Under the pieces are notes generated by a model that was not told the origin of the DNA, did no database searches, and was given only the letters and a program-made list of their open reading frames with translations. Shown here one piece after another: positions 32,603 through 45,785 of a stretch of 64,000 nucleotides of DNA (positions are counted from its first letter, which is position 1; each line of letters starts with the position of its first letter). Source of the stretch: the human T2T-CHM13v2.0 reference genome, Homo sapiens; assembly GCF_009914755.1 (NCBI RefSeq), contig NC_060925.1; one strand, 5' to 3'. The translations under genes were made by a program, and so were the position numbers.

Positions 32603-33349
32603 AGTAGTGAATAGAATGCTTATGAAGAAAAAATTAAAGTGATTTATTGGATTAACATCTTTCATTGTATCATCCAGTGGTGATTGAATACAGTGACTTA
32701 GTGCCAAATTAAAAATATGCAGAAATGTTTCTAAAACTTTGGCTGAAATGCCAAACTTTCTGTGTAGCATACAAGCACCAGCACTATCTGAACAATATGC
32801 TTCCATGAAATATTTCTTGCTGGTACCATTCTTTTCCAACATTGACAATATAGTTTGTATATTATTTTGGATATTATTCCTTCCACCTTCATAAGATCAA
32901 CAAAGTTTTAAATGTCTCATTTAAAATACATTATTAAATGCTTTTATGTGAAACCATTTCACAGAAAATGAATGACATTTTACTGTCTTGATTTATAACA
33001 TCTTAAGTAAGTTGCTTTCTCATTTCAGTAATGTTTTCCAACAAGTGGGACCATAAATCTAAAATGCAATGTATGCTTGCATGGATATTATTTTTTAATG
33101 GCTATTGAATATTTCATGTTTGAAAATGCTTATGTTTAAGTACATGCTGTATAGCAACATTTCAAAGGTTACTTCTATAATATTTTAAATTGTTTTATCA
33201 ATATTTTGTCCAATTTACATTTTTTCTTTCAAATGCATTGTTTTCTGAAATTGATCTTTTGATTGTTTTTGTCATTGATATTTACAGTTTTAAAAATTAA
33301 ACTGTGAGCTTTGATAGAATGTGATTGCCATTCTGAAGAATATGTAAGT

Positions 33350-34383
33350 TGTCTGGGAAGAATAATAATTTTTCCTTCAACCCTCATAAGTCCTTACTTG
33401 GAAGTGACCCCTGTAACAAAAGACAGATTTATAAGAGAAAACCAAATAGAAGTGTATTAACATGTATATTTCATATGTACATGGGAGACACTGAGGGAAT
33501 GAATAGTTCTCAAAGAGGTGGCTTTGAATTTCAGCCTATATAGAGTCTTCAACAAAAACCAGTATATTTTTAGAGAAGTAACAAGAAAAAGGAAAAGGGC
33601 TTTGAATCTCTAGAGGTGGCAACTTCGGGAAAGGCAAATTAATGGCAGATAAAGGCTGGTTAGTAAAGCTTGTTAATGTAGCTTCCTTGGGTACCATCTT
33701 GGGCCCGTAAAGGTCTACAAACCGAAAAGTATCTGAGACAGGTCTCAATAAATTTAGAGTTTATTTAGCCAAGGTTAAGGACATGTCTGTGGGGAAAAAA
33801 AGCAACACAAAACCACAGAAACAATCTGTGAGCTATGCTTTTTTCCAAAGATGATTTTGAGGGCTTCAGTATTTAAAGGGGAAAAGCAGGCTGGAGGGGA
33901 AAGAGGGAGGGTGTAATCCCATTACTGAATCCACATGTTGCAAAAGAAAAGAAGGAGGCAGGCAGAGGAATAGTCCATTATGTATTTGTCTTGCATTCAG
34001 TAAATCAACACTTTACATGAGATGAACATAGAGTAGCTCCTGTGGAGATACCTGGCCTTTTATCTGCAGTTTATCTGCTTAGGAACAAGGAAAGGCAGTT
34101 TCTTGCATGACTCAATCAGCTTCTGCTTAATTTTTCCCTTTGGCATAGTAAACTGGGGACCCAAGATTTTAGTTTTCTTTCACAGGATCAATGCTATCTT
34201 CAGTGATTAACCTTTGTTCTTCCTGGTAGAAGATGGGCCAGGATACCTTTTGTCTTTGTAGATCTTTGTCCTGCTTTTAGGCAAATAGAGGGAGGGCAGA
34301 GAGCTTTACCTGGATCTGCTTCTTCTTGATCACCTTCAGCTCGGCAATCCCTATTTTGGGGTGGCATATGTTGGTCTCCCACA
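33350..34383 (-). mobile_element. MER39/MER34-like ERV1 solo LTR with nested MER4-group LTR (33716-34184, -)
   Basis: Minus strand begins TGTGGGAGACCAACATATGCCACCCCAAAA; TSD aagt/aagc; inner element is homologous to those at 11137 and 38026. Confidence 0.78.
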
Positions 34384-35493
34384 AAGCTTTTAACAGTGAA
34401 CTCTGAGTGCCATTTGCATCTAATATTTACATTAGTAGCACTGGTGAGACACATTTTTTTTATGGTTTTTGTCAGCGTGCAAGAGACACTTGTATTTTTG
34501 TTAAAATAATAAAATTATTTTGTATTGAAGAAATAAAAAGCATTGTGTTATTTTGTACTGACGCTTGCACGGTGTAAAGGATGTCTGAGGTGGTTTGGAT
34601 GATACTCTAGGCTGTGGTTCCTTATTACTATCACTATTTGTACTCTGTACAATCAGAAGATTGAGGTGTATGATCTTTAATGGAACATTAATACGTGTAT
34701 CCACAGTTGGTTGTCTCTTTATTCTAAGAGTTCATTTTTAATATTTTATTCGTAAATTCTTAAATGTATAAATATTGAAACGCTGCCTTTGCAACTTACA
34801 CAAGAATTACAATGCACAGACAATACAAATAAAGTAACAACTATGTAGAACCAGTGGCAACCACATGATTTCAGTAGAGTGATAAAAATGTGATGTATAT
34901 ACACAATGCTTTGTGATTAATAAGCACATGGGAGGCCCATTTGTCAGTGGTCCTTGTGACATCCTATGACAATTAGCCTGAATTAATGAGTTTAATTTTG
35001 AATTTAATTATTAATAAATTCTACTGATTATTGCAATAGCCGTTATATGATTTGCCAATCAGAACAGAAATCTTTCAATAGTATAGGAATCGCTGCAGTT
35101 ATATTAATGAATATTGGCTGAATAAATTTTAAGGTGGAAAGCAGAGCTTTAAAAACAAATATTCTTTCTAGTTTGGTGAAAGGTTTAGCTTTTTGAAGAG
35201 ATTCTGTCTCTGACGGGGAGGGGTGGGAGAGAAGAGATAATGCCTTTGCCAACAGTCAGAGGGAAGTGAGAAGCAGCTTCCTGTGGACTGGACAGAGGCT
35301 GAGATGGAGCCTCTGAAGAAGGGACCCCTACGCCGCTTTGTGCCAGTGACTTGTGGAAGAGACAAGTCCTCAGAGATGTGGTTATGTGGCACCAGGGAGG
35401 CTGGAGCCAGGGATGGGGCTCCCAGACTGTTTAGCTAGAGGAGAGCAGAAGGCCAGAGGTGAAAGGAACAAGGACCAGTCCAGCTGGTGAAAC

Positions 35494-36122
35494 TGATGTA
35501 GGAATTTTCTTCTCGGTCACTTTGCAAGCCAGGGACCCTTGCCGGTGACACCTGGCCCAGGCGTCACTTGGCCATGCTGACATGCCCCAGCTCGCCTGTG
35601 TTATAGCTTATACCCACATTTGGTGGTTCCTGAGCTCCTGTACTGTGCCCAGGAAGAATGAGGATACACTGGACATTGAACAGTGAGGAGGGCAGAGAAG
35701 AGTTTTACTGAGTGATGAAAATGGCTTTCAGAGGAGAGGGGACATGGGGTTGGTCCTGCTACCTGAAAGCAGGAAAGTTCCCTGTGTGGTTGGGTCCAGG
35801 GCCTTTTATGGATTCAGAATGGGGAATGTGTGTGACTGGCTTGTGAGTAGGCAAAAAAGGCTAAAGCAAAGACACCACTCAAAGGTGGGCATGACAGTGT
35901 AGAAAACCAATTAGGAAAGGGTAGGTATATGTAAAATAGGTGAAGGGTGGGGATCAATCAGAGCAAAGTACCGCAAACAGGAAGACAAGTTCTTAATCCT
36001 GTCTGAGAATTTAACTTGTAGCTTGGCTTTCAGGCTTTAAATTGTCTTTGGCTTGGAGGTGAGGTTTCACCAGGGACCCACCCCTATCTGCCTTGGCATT
36101 TGGCTGCCTCCTGTTGCTATCA
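35494..36122 (-). mobile_element. LTR27/LTR28/MER52-group ERV1 solo LTR
   Basis: Minus strand begins TGATAGCAACAGGAGGCAGCC; TSD AAAC. Confidence 0.78.
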
Positions 36123-36756
36123 AAACTGCCTTTGCAAAAGTATGACAGTAAGAGAAATCTGACATGTCTGACTCCATCTTGCTTCTAGCCCCACAGGCTG
36201 GCTGTCTTTGCTCATTCCTGGGGTGGGCCAAGCTAACTTTGGGAGAAATGTAGTTTATACTTTAAATAATAGCCCTTCCCCAAAACTAAACTGTCCTTGT
36301 AAAACTAATGAAAGGCCACCAAGTTAGGAGGATGAGAGAGGCCTGAATTCTACATAATTCCCAGCCATTATTCCAGAGGTCATAAGATTTGCAACTTCCC
36401 CAATTAATCTTGCAGATAACAGCACTACTACAGAAACTAAGATGGCCTTTTGAGATTTCTTTTCAGGTTTTTGCATTTCTGACAACCAGATGGCCCCACC
36501 CAGACCCGTGACTCAACCAGTCCTGCGGCCCCCACCCAGAAGGGGACTCAGTGCATGAGGACTGTTTTCCACATCCCTATGATCGCCTCCCCTACTAATC
36601 AGCATTTTCCTTACCGTAGCCCCCTGCCCACCAAACTATCTTTGAAAAACCCCTAATCTCCAAGCCTTCAGGGAGATTGATTTGAGTAATAACTCTGTCT
36701 CCTCTGTGGCTGGCCAGCCTTGTGTCAATTAAATGCTTTCTTTACTGCAATGCCAA

Positions 36757-37547
36757 TGAGACAGGATAGTTCCCTTGACCACTCTGTGGGATTCACAAAG
36801 GGGGTGACTCGTTTACTCAGCTCACAGCTCTCAACGCCTCTCAGGAAGGGGAACATGTAGGTGAGTGGGTGCTGGGGCCGGGATGAGTGCTTCTGGGTGC
36901 CGGCAGGAGTAAACACTGTGTGGTCTCGCGGCAGTGTCTGGGGGTGGGTACTTGCGACCCCCCCAGATCCCCAGAGAGCATGTGTTACAGTGTGCTCTTT
37001 TAGTTTTGCCATCCATGAATGGCTTAAGTGTTTAACAGCTCAGTGGAGGGTCAGGGTGACAGCATTTGTACCTGCCCTCTTGGTACCTGAGTTCTTGTCT
37101 GGCATCCAGGAAGAATCAGGCTGTGTGAATGAACTGAAGGGTGGCGAATGTGGAGGATTTTACTGAGTGGTGGAAGTGGCTCTTAGTGGGATGGGGAGCT
37201 GGAAAGGGGATGGAGTGGGAAGATGGTCTTCCCTTGGAGTTTGGCTGTTCCCAGTCGAACTCCTCTCCAACCATAGTCTCCAATGTCCAGCTGCATCTTC
37301 TCCTCTTGACATTCAGTCTCTTCTCTTCTCTCCTTCTCTGCTGCACCTCCGCCAGTGGAGCCTGGAGTTTTTATAAATACAGGATGCAGGGAGGGTGGGC
37401 CAGGGTGGTTTTGGAAAAGGCAACATTCAGGCGGGAAAACAAAAGTGCATGTTCTCACTTTGGGCTACAGGTCCTGGCTTGAGGGTGTGGCCCTTGCTGG
37501 GGACCGCCATCTTCTACCCAGTATTTCCCTTCCTCCTATCCATATTG
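36757..37547 (-). mobile_element. LTR1-family ERV1 solo LTR
   Basis: Minus strand near its start reads ...GGAAATACTGGGTAGAAGATGGCGGTCCCC; TSD ccaa/ccat. Confidence 0.78.
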
Positions 37548-38025
37548 CCATGGTCTTGGTGAGTTGATTTTGTTTGTGCAGGGGGCAGGAGGAACCTGTT
37601 GGGCAGTTACACTGGGATGTCTCAGGAGGAACCAGTGTGGACCCAGGACCAATGGTGGAGGGAGGTGCTGCCAGGTGCTTTGGTGCTATGAAAGCCTCCC
37701 AGAAGCTTTTCCCAACCTTGTGGGGAGCCCCAGTGAAGGCTGATACTGAATTTCCTGCCAGTCAAGCAGGAAGGGGGCTCAAAGTTAGATTTAAGTTATT
37801 TTAAAGAAAAAGGTGATTTAGCCAGCACACACAAATCTGCAATTCATAGCTTCCCACACATGTGAATGTGTGCTAAGCAAGTTAAGTAAACAGAGTCCTA
37901 AGCCAGACAGTGCCATCTTAGGTATACAAGGGCATGCAAAGCAACAGACATTGGTTGGCAGTGAATTAAGTCCCTGTGCTTCCACACAGCTGGACTGGCC
38001 CTTGGACCTTTCCAATGGTAAGTGC

Positions 38026-38732
38026 TGTAAATAAAAGAAAATGGTGGGAGGCAAGTCTCAATTGTTTTTAGAAGTTGATTTTGCCAAGGTTAAGGACACA
38101 CCCAGGAAAAAGGGACACATAACCACTGCAACATCTGTGGTCCTTGCCTTTCCCAGAGGGTCTGGGAGCTTCAATATTTAAAGGGAAAAGAGCAGGCAGC
38201 AGGGGAAAGAAGAAGAAGAAAAAAGGGAGGGCAGATAAAAGAGGCAAGCGGTTGCATTCCTTTGAGTCTTTTGATTAGCTTTACTGAATCTACATTTTTC
38301 ATTTGAAAGGAGAGGTGGGGAAAGAGTCAATTATGCATTCCTCTGGTCCTCAGTTGGAATCTGCATTTTTACATAAGATAAAATAATCACAGAGTCTAGG
38401 AAGCAATCAGATATGCATTTGTCTCAGGTGAGTGAAGGGATGACTTTTAGGTCTCTTCATGGTCCCTTACCCGTAAAAGTAAGTGGTTAATTTGCATTGT
38501 CAGGGTGAAATTCAACAGAACTGCTTTAGGGTAAAAGTCTCGGGGCCTACAAGGAGTTTCCTCCTGAGCAAAAGGTGAGGGAGGTATGTAGCTATCTATT
38601 CAGGAAGAAAATGGGAAGTTGGTGTGTGTGACCCAGTTCCCAGCTTGCCCTTCATCCTTTGTGTGACCCAGTTCCCACTGAGCCCTTCAGCTTAGTGAGT
38701 TTCTGGGCCTGAGATTTTATTTTCCTTTTACA
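38026..38732 (-). mobile_element. MER4-group ERV1 solo LTR
   Basis: Minus strand begins TGTAAAAGGAAAATAAAATC; flanks gtgc/gcac. Confidence 0.8.
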
Positions 38733-38800
38733 GCACTCAAAATTTTTAAAAAGTTATTGTGCAATAAATTACATGCAAGAAAAGGGTTAACATGTCCTGG

Positions 38801-39981
38801 TGTTAGCAGTTAGGGAACGTATCCAAGTCAGGCGGCACCAAAGTATGGGTCTGCAGCAACCTCAATTCTTGCCTCTTCAGAAGAAATAATTCAACCAAGG
38901 GGCATAAGGCAGAAGGAGATACTGAGGCAGGCTTCAGAGCAGGAGAGAACGTTTATTAAAAAGCTTTAGAGCAGAAACAAAAGGAAATAAAGTACATTTG
39001 AAAGAGGGCCAAGCTAACGACTTGAGCCAGTCAAGGGCACAGTTTGACCTTTGACTTGGGATTTTATATGAGGGCATATTTCTTGGGAGTTGCATCCCTT
39101 CTCCCCTTGTAGCAGGACTAGCCACAGACAAAACCTCTCAGACACCAAGTTAAAGAAGGAAGGGCTTTATTCGGCCGGGAGTGTTGGCAAGACTCATGTC
39201 TCAAAAACCGAGCTCCCCAAGTGAGCAATTCCCGTCCCTTTTAAGGGCTTACAACTCTAAGGGGGTCCACGTGAGAGGGTCGTAATCGATTGAGCAAGCA
39301 GGGGGTGCGTGACTGGGGGATGCATGCACTGGTAATCAGAACGGAACAGAACAGGACAGGGATTTTTACAATGCTCTTCCATACAATATCTGGAATCTAT
39401 AGATAACATAACTGGTTAGGTCAGGGGTCGATCTTTAACCAGGCCCAGGGCGCGGCGCCGGGCTGTCTGCCTGAGAATTTCATTTCTGCCTTTTAGTTTT
39501 TACTTCTTCTTTCTTTGGAGGCAGAAATTGGGCATAAGACAATATGAGGGGTGGTCTCCTCCCTTACCCTGATGCTTCCCTTGGGGTGGGCTGTCCACAT
39601 GCACAGTGGCCTGCCAGCAGTTGGGAGGGGCCACATGCACAGTGTGTTTACTGAAGTTGTACACGTGCTCACTTGAGGAATTCTTCCTTTACCCAGTGTT
39701 CATATACCCTTTAAACTCTGCCATTTTGCCTCTTAGTGCACATGTTTGAGCCCACTCGCCCAACTCCTGAAATCTTATTGGGAAGCTGCTGATTACCAGT
39801 TTCAGGTGTTTCTATCTGTTGGGAGACTGCCTCTCTCTGGCACGGGGCCACAACCAATTATTATTTTAGAGAGACAGTTAACAATCACCTGACCATGACC
39901 TGATGGTTGCCTGGCATGCCTGTTGTTGGAGGGAGGTCCTCTCCTGCCCTGCTCATCTCTGCCTGCCTAGCTACTGTAACA
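38801..39981 (-). mobile_element. MER50-like ERV1 solo LTR split by LTR2
   Basis: Homologous to 31760-32455; TSD ctgg/ctga. Confidence 0.83.
39108..39566 (-). mobile_element. LTR2 (HERV-E/Harlequin) solo LTR
   Basis: Minus strand begins TAAGGGAGGAGACCACCCCTCATATTGTC; perfect TSD CCCT; many CpGs retained. Confidence 0.87.
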
Positions 39982-40734
39982 CTGAGGGGTGAGAAAATCT
40001 TTAGATCCTGGTTTGAACAAACCAGCTGTAAAACACAATTTTGAAACAACTCAAAGCACAAAAATGCTAACAGTTGCTGAATCCAGATAGGTAGATGAAT
40101 GTTCACTAAACTCTCTATTCTTCTACATCTTTTAAAATTTTATAATAAACACTCAAAGAACCCCAATTCTCAGGACATTCTAAACATCCAAACCCCACCA
40201 AGAGAGAAACAGTATTAGGGGTGGTTGCTTAGCCAGGGCAGAGTATCTTTGTGGTGGGGACTGGAGGGAGTGTTTGGATGGGGGTGTTGAGAGGTGGGAG
40301 TGAGAACTTGGTGAGCTGGATTTAAGCTGGAGGATGGGGAAAGCTTTCTGGGATTTCAACAGGGCTTGGCTGGGAAGCAAGAGAGTAACTTGATATATCA
40401 TACCAGTTATTTATGGCACTGAAAAGTTTACAGAGTTCATTTATGGGGGAAAATACTGTTTAGGAGATACTCTCGAATTTTGTGTTAAATGAAACATATG
40501 GTCAGATTTTCCTGTGGGCAGAACAGGATGAGTGATGGGGCAAGAGGAGGCTCACAGCCCACTTAACTGAGCTTCCCATGAATCCAAAGGCATTCCCCTT
40601 TACGCTTTGACCATTTCTCTGATGGATGCTTGAGGGTAGGGTGGAGACAGGAATGTAAGGGGAGAGCAGATAGGAGATAAGGTTGGAAAAAGCTTCATGA
40701 TAAACCAAGTCTTCAGTTGTGTGGGTACACTTTA

Positions 40735-41095
40735 CAGACAGTCCCCGACTTATGACTGTTCATCTTAAGATTTTTCAACTTCACAATAGTGCCAAAGCGA
40801 TACACATTCAATAGATATTACATTTCAAGTACCCATAAAACCATTCTGTTTTTTCACTTTTGGTACAGCATTTAATAAATGACATGAGATATTCAATACT
40901 TTATTATAAAATAGGCTTTGTGTTAGATGATTTTGCCCAACTGTAGGCTAATGTAAGTATTCTAAGCACATTTAAGGTAGGTTAGGCTAAGTTATAATGT
41001 GTGATAGGTTCGATGTATTAAATGCATTTTGATGTACACTATTTTCAATTTACAAAGGGTTTATTGGGATGTAACCCTATCATAAGGAGCATCTG
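40735..41095 (-). mobile_element. MER47A (Tigger-family MITE)
   Basis: Termini cagacagtccccgactta / taaggagcatctg; TA on the left flank. Confidence 0.82.
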
Positions 41096-41466
41096 TGATA
41101 TGGTTTGGTTCTGTGTTCCCACCCAGATCTCATCTTGAATTGTAATTTCCATGTGTCGAGGGAGGAATCTGGTAGGAGATGACTGGATCACGGGGGTGGT
41201 TTCCCCCTGCTATTCTCCTGATAGTGAGTTCTCACAAGATCTGATGGTTTAAAAGTGTTTGGCAATTCCCTTTCACTCTCTCTCTCTTTCTCTCTCCTGC
41301 TGCCATGTAAGATGTGCCTTGCTTCCCCGTTGCCTTCTGCTGTGATTGTAAGTTTCCTGAGGCCTCCCCAGCCATGCTGAACTGTGAGTCAATGAAACCT
41401 CTTTCCTTTATAAATTACCCAGTCTCAGGTAGTATCTTTATAGCAGTGTGAAAACAGACTAATGCA
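41096..41466 (+). mobile_element. THE1D/MSTA MaLR solo LTR
   Basis: tgatatggtttgg...aacagactaatgca; TSD atctg/aactg. Confidence 0.87.
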
Positions 41467-43137
41467 AACTGTATTTGCCTTCACCTTCAATAAACAGAGG
41501 TATTGCTATATATTAGAAGAAGGCAGAAAACCAAAACTAATTTATGTATAACAACTCAGGAGGAGCAGGAATCGGTTAAGAATAGGTCAGGAAAACATGG
41601 AACATTCAGACTTACTTACAAGCAGAGAAAAAGTGTGATGTAATTTGCCTTAGGTTGCCACTTTGTCAGTGAACTTTCCCTGATCATACTAACCCCAAAG
41701 CACTGTCTCTCTTATACACCAAGTTGTCAGCACAACTTGGGGCACCTGGAAATTGTATTAGGCTGCTGGTAATAGAAAACCTGACTAGAGCAGTATAGCA
41801 AAAACGTGAACTGGCTGTTCAAAGGCTGCTCAAACCCCCCTTCCTTTGCCTTTCTATTTCATAAAGCCTGAAATGAAAAAACACTCACCTTCTCAGATTC
41901 ACTTGCAACTAGGTAGTGGCGGCCAAATGTTAGAGTTCTGGCCAATGAGATGTAGCAGATCTCTGGAGAGGGCTTCTTTTACTCTTCCCCAAAAGTTATG
42001 CCTTCAGACTGGGAGAACAAAATCCACATACTGAGGCTAGCAAGTCAGGAGGGCAAAAGAGCTTGGGACATTAATCGTGTCTTGGAGCTGCTACACTAGC
42101 CATAAACTGATTATCTCAATTTCCTGTCATACCAGGATCCCTACTCCCATTAAACCATGGCATCAGTTAAGAATTGTGTTCACCCATAAGTAACAGAATG
42201 CCTTACTTCTATGGGTTAAAACAAATGAGAAGTTTTATTGTCTCTTTCAATAAGAAGTCAGGGAATAGGAAGTTAAGGCCTGGTAGAGTGGCTTGATCAT
42301 GTTGTCAGTGGTCCCTGCTCTCTGTATCTTCTTAGCTTTTCCCTTCTTAATGCGTTGATTTCCTCCTTATGGTCACAAGATGGCTGCTGTACCTCCAGGC
42401 ATCAGGTCTGCATTTCAGGCAAAAAGAAATATTATCTAAAGAGTTCAAACTGTGTCATATGGCCTCTCCTGGCTGCATGGTGGGTGGGGAAAAAAATCAA
42501 GTAATTGGCTTTTCAATGTCTACAGTAGAGAAAACAATGTAGGTTGGTCACTCCACTCAACATCCATTCCCAATCACCATCTCCCTTGCCTTCCTCTACT
42601 GTGTCACTAGTACTTTTTGATTTTTTTAAACACTGCCTTGTGAAGGAATTACCGCCTCACCAATTAGACTAGAAACCTTGTGGATCCCTGACAGCGCCCA
42701 GAACTATGGACACTAAAATATTTTGAAATAACGAGCAGTAACTGCCTGGGGTTCTTATTTTCTGAAGTTTTGCAGTAACCTTTGCCGAGATATTGTTCTG
42801 TAACTAATAAAACAAGGCAAAGCAGGACCAGGTAAATGGCAAGAAAAACAGTGGCTGGATGGAGACTTGAAAGTCACAGTGGTAGGATAATGGATTCCAT
42901 TTTTAAATTTGAAATTTTATTTTGATGTAGAGACTCTTGGTTCTGGTGATGCTGTGCTAGTGAATTCAGACCGGTTCTCCCACTGAGCACAACTTATAAA
43001 GCTGAATGAAATACAGTAACATCTTCTTGAAAGCATCAAAGACCTAATAAGAGAGTACGGAATTACTGGGGTCAAAAGCTGAGAGTGATTCAGAATCTAG
43101 AGGGGTTGGTTTAGCTCTTGGGGCCAGTTTTTTTTTC

Positions 43138-43225
43138 TAGGGGCATTTCTTAATCTTGAGGAGGTGGCTGAGGTATGCTTTTAGGGGCATTTCTTAATCT
43201 TGAGGAGGAGACTGAGCTATGCCTT
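43138..43225 (+). repeat. 44-bp tandem duplication (2 copies, 4 mismatches) in an old L1-like 5' region
   Basis: taggggcatttcttaatcttgaggagg... repeated at 43138 and 43182. Confidence 0.9.
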
Positions 43226-43819
43226 TAGTACTCTGTGGCGCTAGGGGCAAAAGTCAGAGTCCAAGGACCATCAAGGGTTGGGACTTGATAAGCCCTGTGT
43301 TTTGACTTGGGATCCAGAAGGACAGCTCCATGTGAGTAAGGCTGAACCAGAAATAAAGCAGCCCTCACACAGACCACAGTTATCTTGGTCATCCTGGAAA
43401 ATCTCAAATGCTGAATTTGGATTAAGGTAATCCTGGAGCACTAGGTTCCCCTAGATACCTGGCAAAAGAAGTTGAAAATCCTCCCTGGAGAAAGATAACA
43501 TAATTTTAGGCCTCAAATGACTGTAAGAAAACTTTTCAAAACAAGTTTGGCACAGTAAAAATCTACTAGATGGATAAGAAGCGAGGACTCCGTAAACAAG
43601 AACCAGCAGAAACAAAAGATCAGAGAGGTCCCAAAGGGACTCAGAATTTTGGTGTCACGAAATTTTATACAGTACAATTACTACAATGAAAAGAAATGAT
43701 CTATATAAAATAAAAAGCAAAAAAACAGCTAGAAAGAAATACACCAGGATTGTGTTGGTGGTATCTGAGAGCAGCAAACTGTGGTGTTTATCTTTTTCAT
43801 TTTTATATTTTCCAAATTA

Positions 43820-44116
43820 TTTTATATTTTTGAGACAGGCTCTCGCTTTGTCACCCGAGGTGGGGTGCAGTGGCATGATCACAGCTCACTGTGCCTTGAC
43901 CTCTTGGGCTCAAGCAATCCTCTGGCCTCAGCCTCCTGAGTAGCTGAGACTACAGGTGTGCACCACCATGCCTGGCTAATTTTATTTTCATTTTTGTAGA
44001 GACCGGGTCTTAACTATGTTGCCCAAGATGATCGCGAACTCTTGACCTCAAGTGATCCACCCGCCTCAGCCTCCCAAAGTGCTGAGATTACAGGCATGAG
44101 CCACAGTGCCTGACCT
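43820..44116 (-). mobile_element. AluJ
   Basis: Antisense Alu dimer. Confidence 0.9.
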
Positions 44117-44195
44117 CCAAATTTTCTTTAATGACAATTTATACTGGAAGAAATACTTCTGTAAAAGAGAAAGCAACATAGGGTATAACCCAGAG

Positions 44196-45087
44196 CAGGG
44201 CTAGATTTGTAGGCATTCAACTTCTACAGCTGTCCAGGGTCTTGTGCTCAGAAGGGCCTCATGCTTGGCTTAATGTTCTGCTGTTGCTGTCTTGAAATTA
44301 TTAATTTTTAATCAAGAAGCTTGATATAGTTTGGGTTATTTGTCCCTGCCCAAATCTCATGTTGAAATGTCATCCCCAGTGTTGGAGGTGGGGCCTGGTG
44401 GGAGGTGTCTGGGTCACGGGGGTGGATCCCTCATGGCTTGGTGCTGTCCTCGCAATAAAGAGAGTGTTCTCACAAGATCTGGTTATTTACACGTGTGTGG
44501 CACTTCTCCACAACACTCTCTTGCTCTTGCTTTTGCCATGTGACATGCCTGCTCCTGCTTCACCTTCTACCATGAATAAAAGCAACCCTGAGGCCTCCCC
44601 CGAAGCCGAGCAAATGCTGGTGCCGTGCTTGTACAGCCTGCAGAACGGTGAGCCAATTGAACCTGTTTTCTTTATAAAGTACCCAGCCTCAGGTTTTTGT
44701 TTTTTTTTTTTGAGACAGGGTCTGGCTCTATTGCCTAGGCTGGAGTGCAGTGGTATGAACACAGCTCACTGCACCCTTGACCTCCTGGGCTCAAGCAACA
44801 CTCTCACCTTAGCCCTGCAAGAAGCTGGGACTACAGGTGCATGCCACCACACCCGGCTAATTTTTGTATTTTTTGTAGAGATGGGGTTTCTGCCATGTTG
44901 TCCAGGCTGGTCTCAAATACCTAAGCTCAGGTGATCTGCCCACCTCGACCTCCCCAAGTACTGGGATTACAGGCATAAACCACCATGCCTGGCCAGGTAT
45001 TTCTTTATAGCAATGCAAGAACGGCCTAATACAAAGTCCCACATTTTCATTTTGCACTTGGCCCTCCAAAGTATGTAGCCGGTCCTG
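44196..45087. mobile_element. MER91-like hAT MITE containing an MSTB LTR (44322-45033, +), which contains an Alu (~44695-44994, -)
   Basis: CAGGG...CCTG termini with perfect 8-bp hAT TSD ACCCAGAG (44188-44195 / 45088-45095). Confidence 0.82.
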
Positions 45088-45206
45088 ACCCAGAGGCAAT
45101 AAAATGTAGATCGGTTCATTGCTCTGGTCATCAGCCTCTGGATTTGCTCTAATTTCTCCACTTCTCACTGAAAGGCATCTAGTTTCTAAACTGGAGGGAG
45201 ATATGA

Positions 45207-45785
45207 GGCCAGGCACTGTGGTGCACACCTATAATCCCAGCGCTTTGGGAGGCCAAGGCTGGAAGACTGCTTGAGGCCAGGAGTTTGGGACCAGCCTGGC
45301 CATATATTGAGACCTATGTCTGCAAACAAAACAAAACAAAAATTATCTGGGTGTGGTGGTGCATGCCTGTAGTCCTAGCAAGGAGTTTGAGGCTACAGTG
45401 AGCTATGATAGCACCACTGCACTCCAGCCTGGGCAACACAGCAAGACTGTCTTCAAAAAAATAAAATAAAATAAATTGAAGGGCCTGGAGCGGTGGCTCA
45501 CGCCTGTAATCCCAGCACTTTGGGAGGCCGAGGTGGGTAGATCACGAGGTCAAGAGATCGAGACCATCTTGGCCAACATGGTGAAACCCCGTCTTTACTA
45601 AAAATACAAAGATTAGCTGGGCGTGGTGGTGCGTGCCTGTAGTCCCAGCTACTCGGGAGGCTAAGGCAGGAGAATCGCTTGAACCAGGGAGGTGGAGGTT
45701 GCAGAGATCACGCCACTGCACTCCAGCCTGGCGACAAAGTGAGACTCCGTCAAATAAATAAATAAATAAATAAATAAATAAGTAA
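45207..45785 (+). mobile_element. Tandem Alus: AluJ (45207-~45478) and AluS with (TAAA)n tail (45482-45785)
   Basis: Alu consensus matches. Confidence 0.9.

Larger units (their letters stand above)
35488..37611 (+). mobile_element. LTR8-like ERV1 solo LTR split by two younger LTRs
   Basis: TGAAAC|TGCCTTTGCAAA start, ...gggcagttaCA end, perfect TSD CTGG. Confidence 0.85.

Noticed and set aside
44359-44934. 191-aa ORF
   Set aside because: Entirely MST LTR plus antisense Alu.
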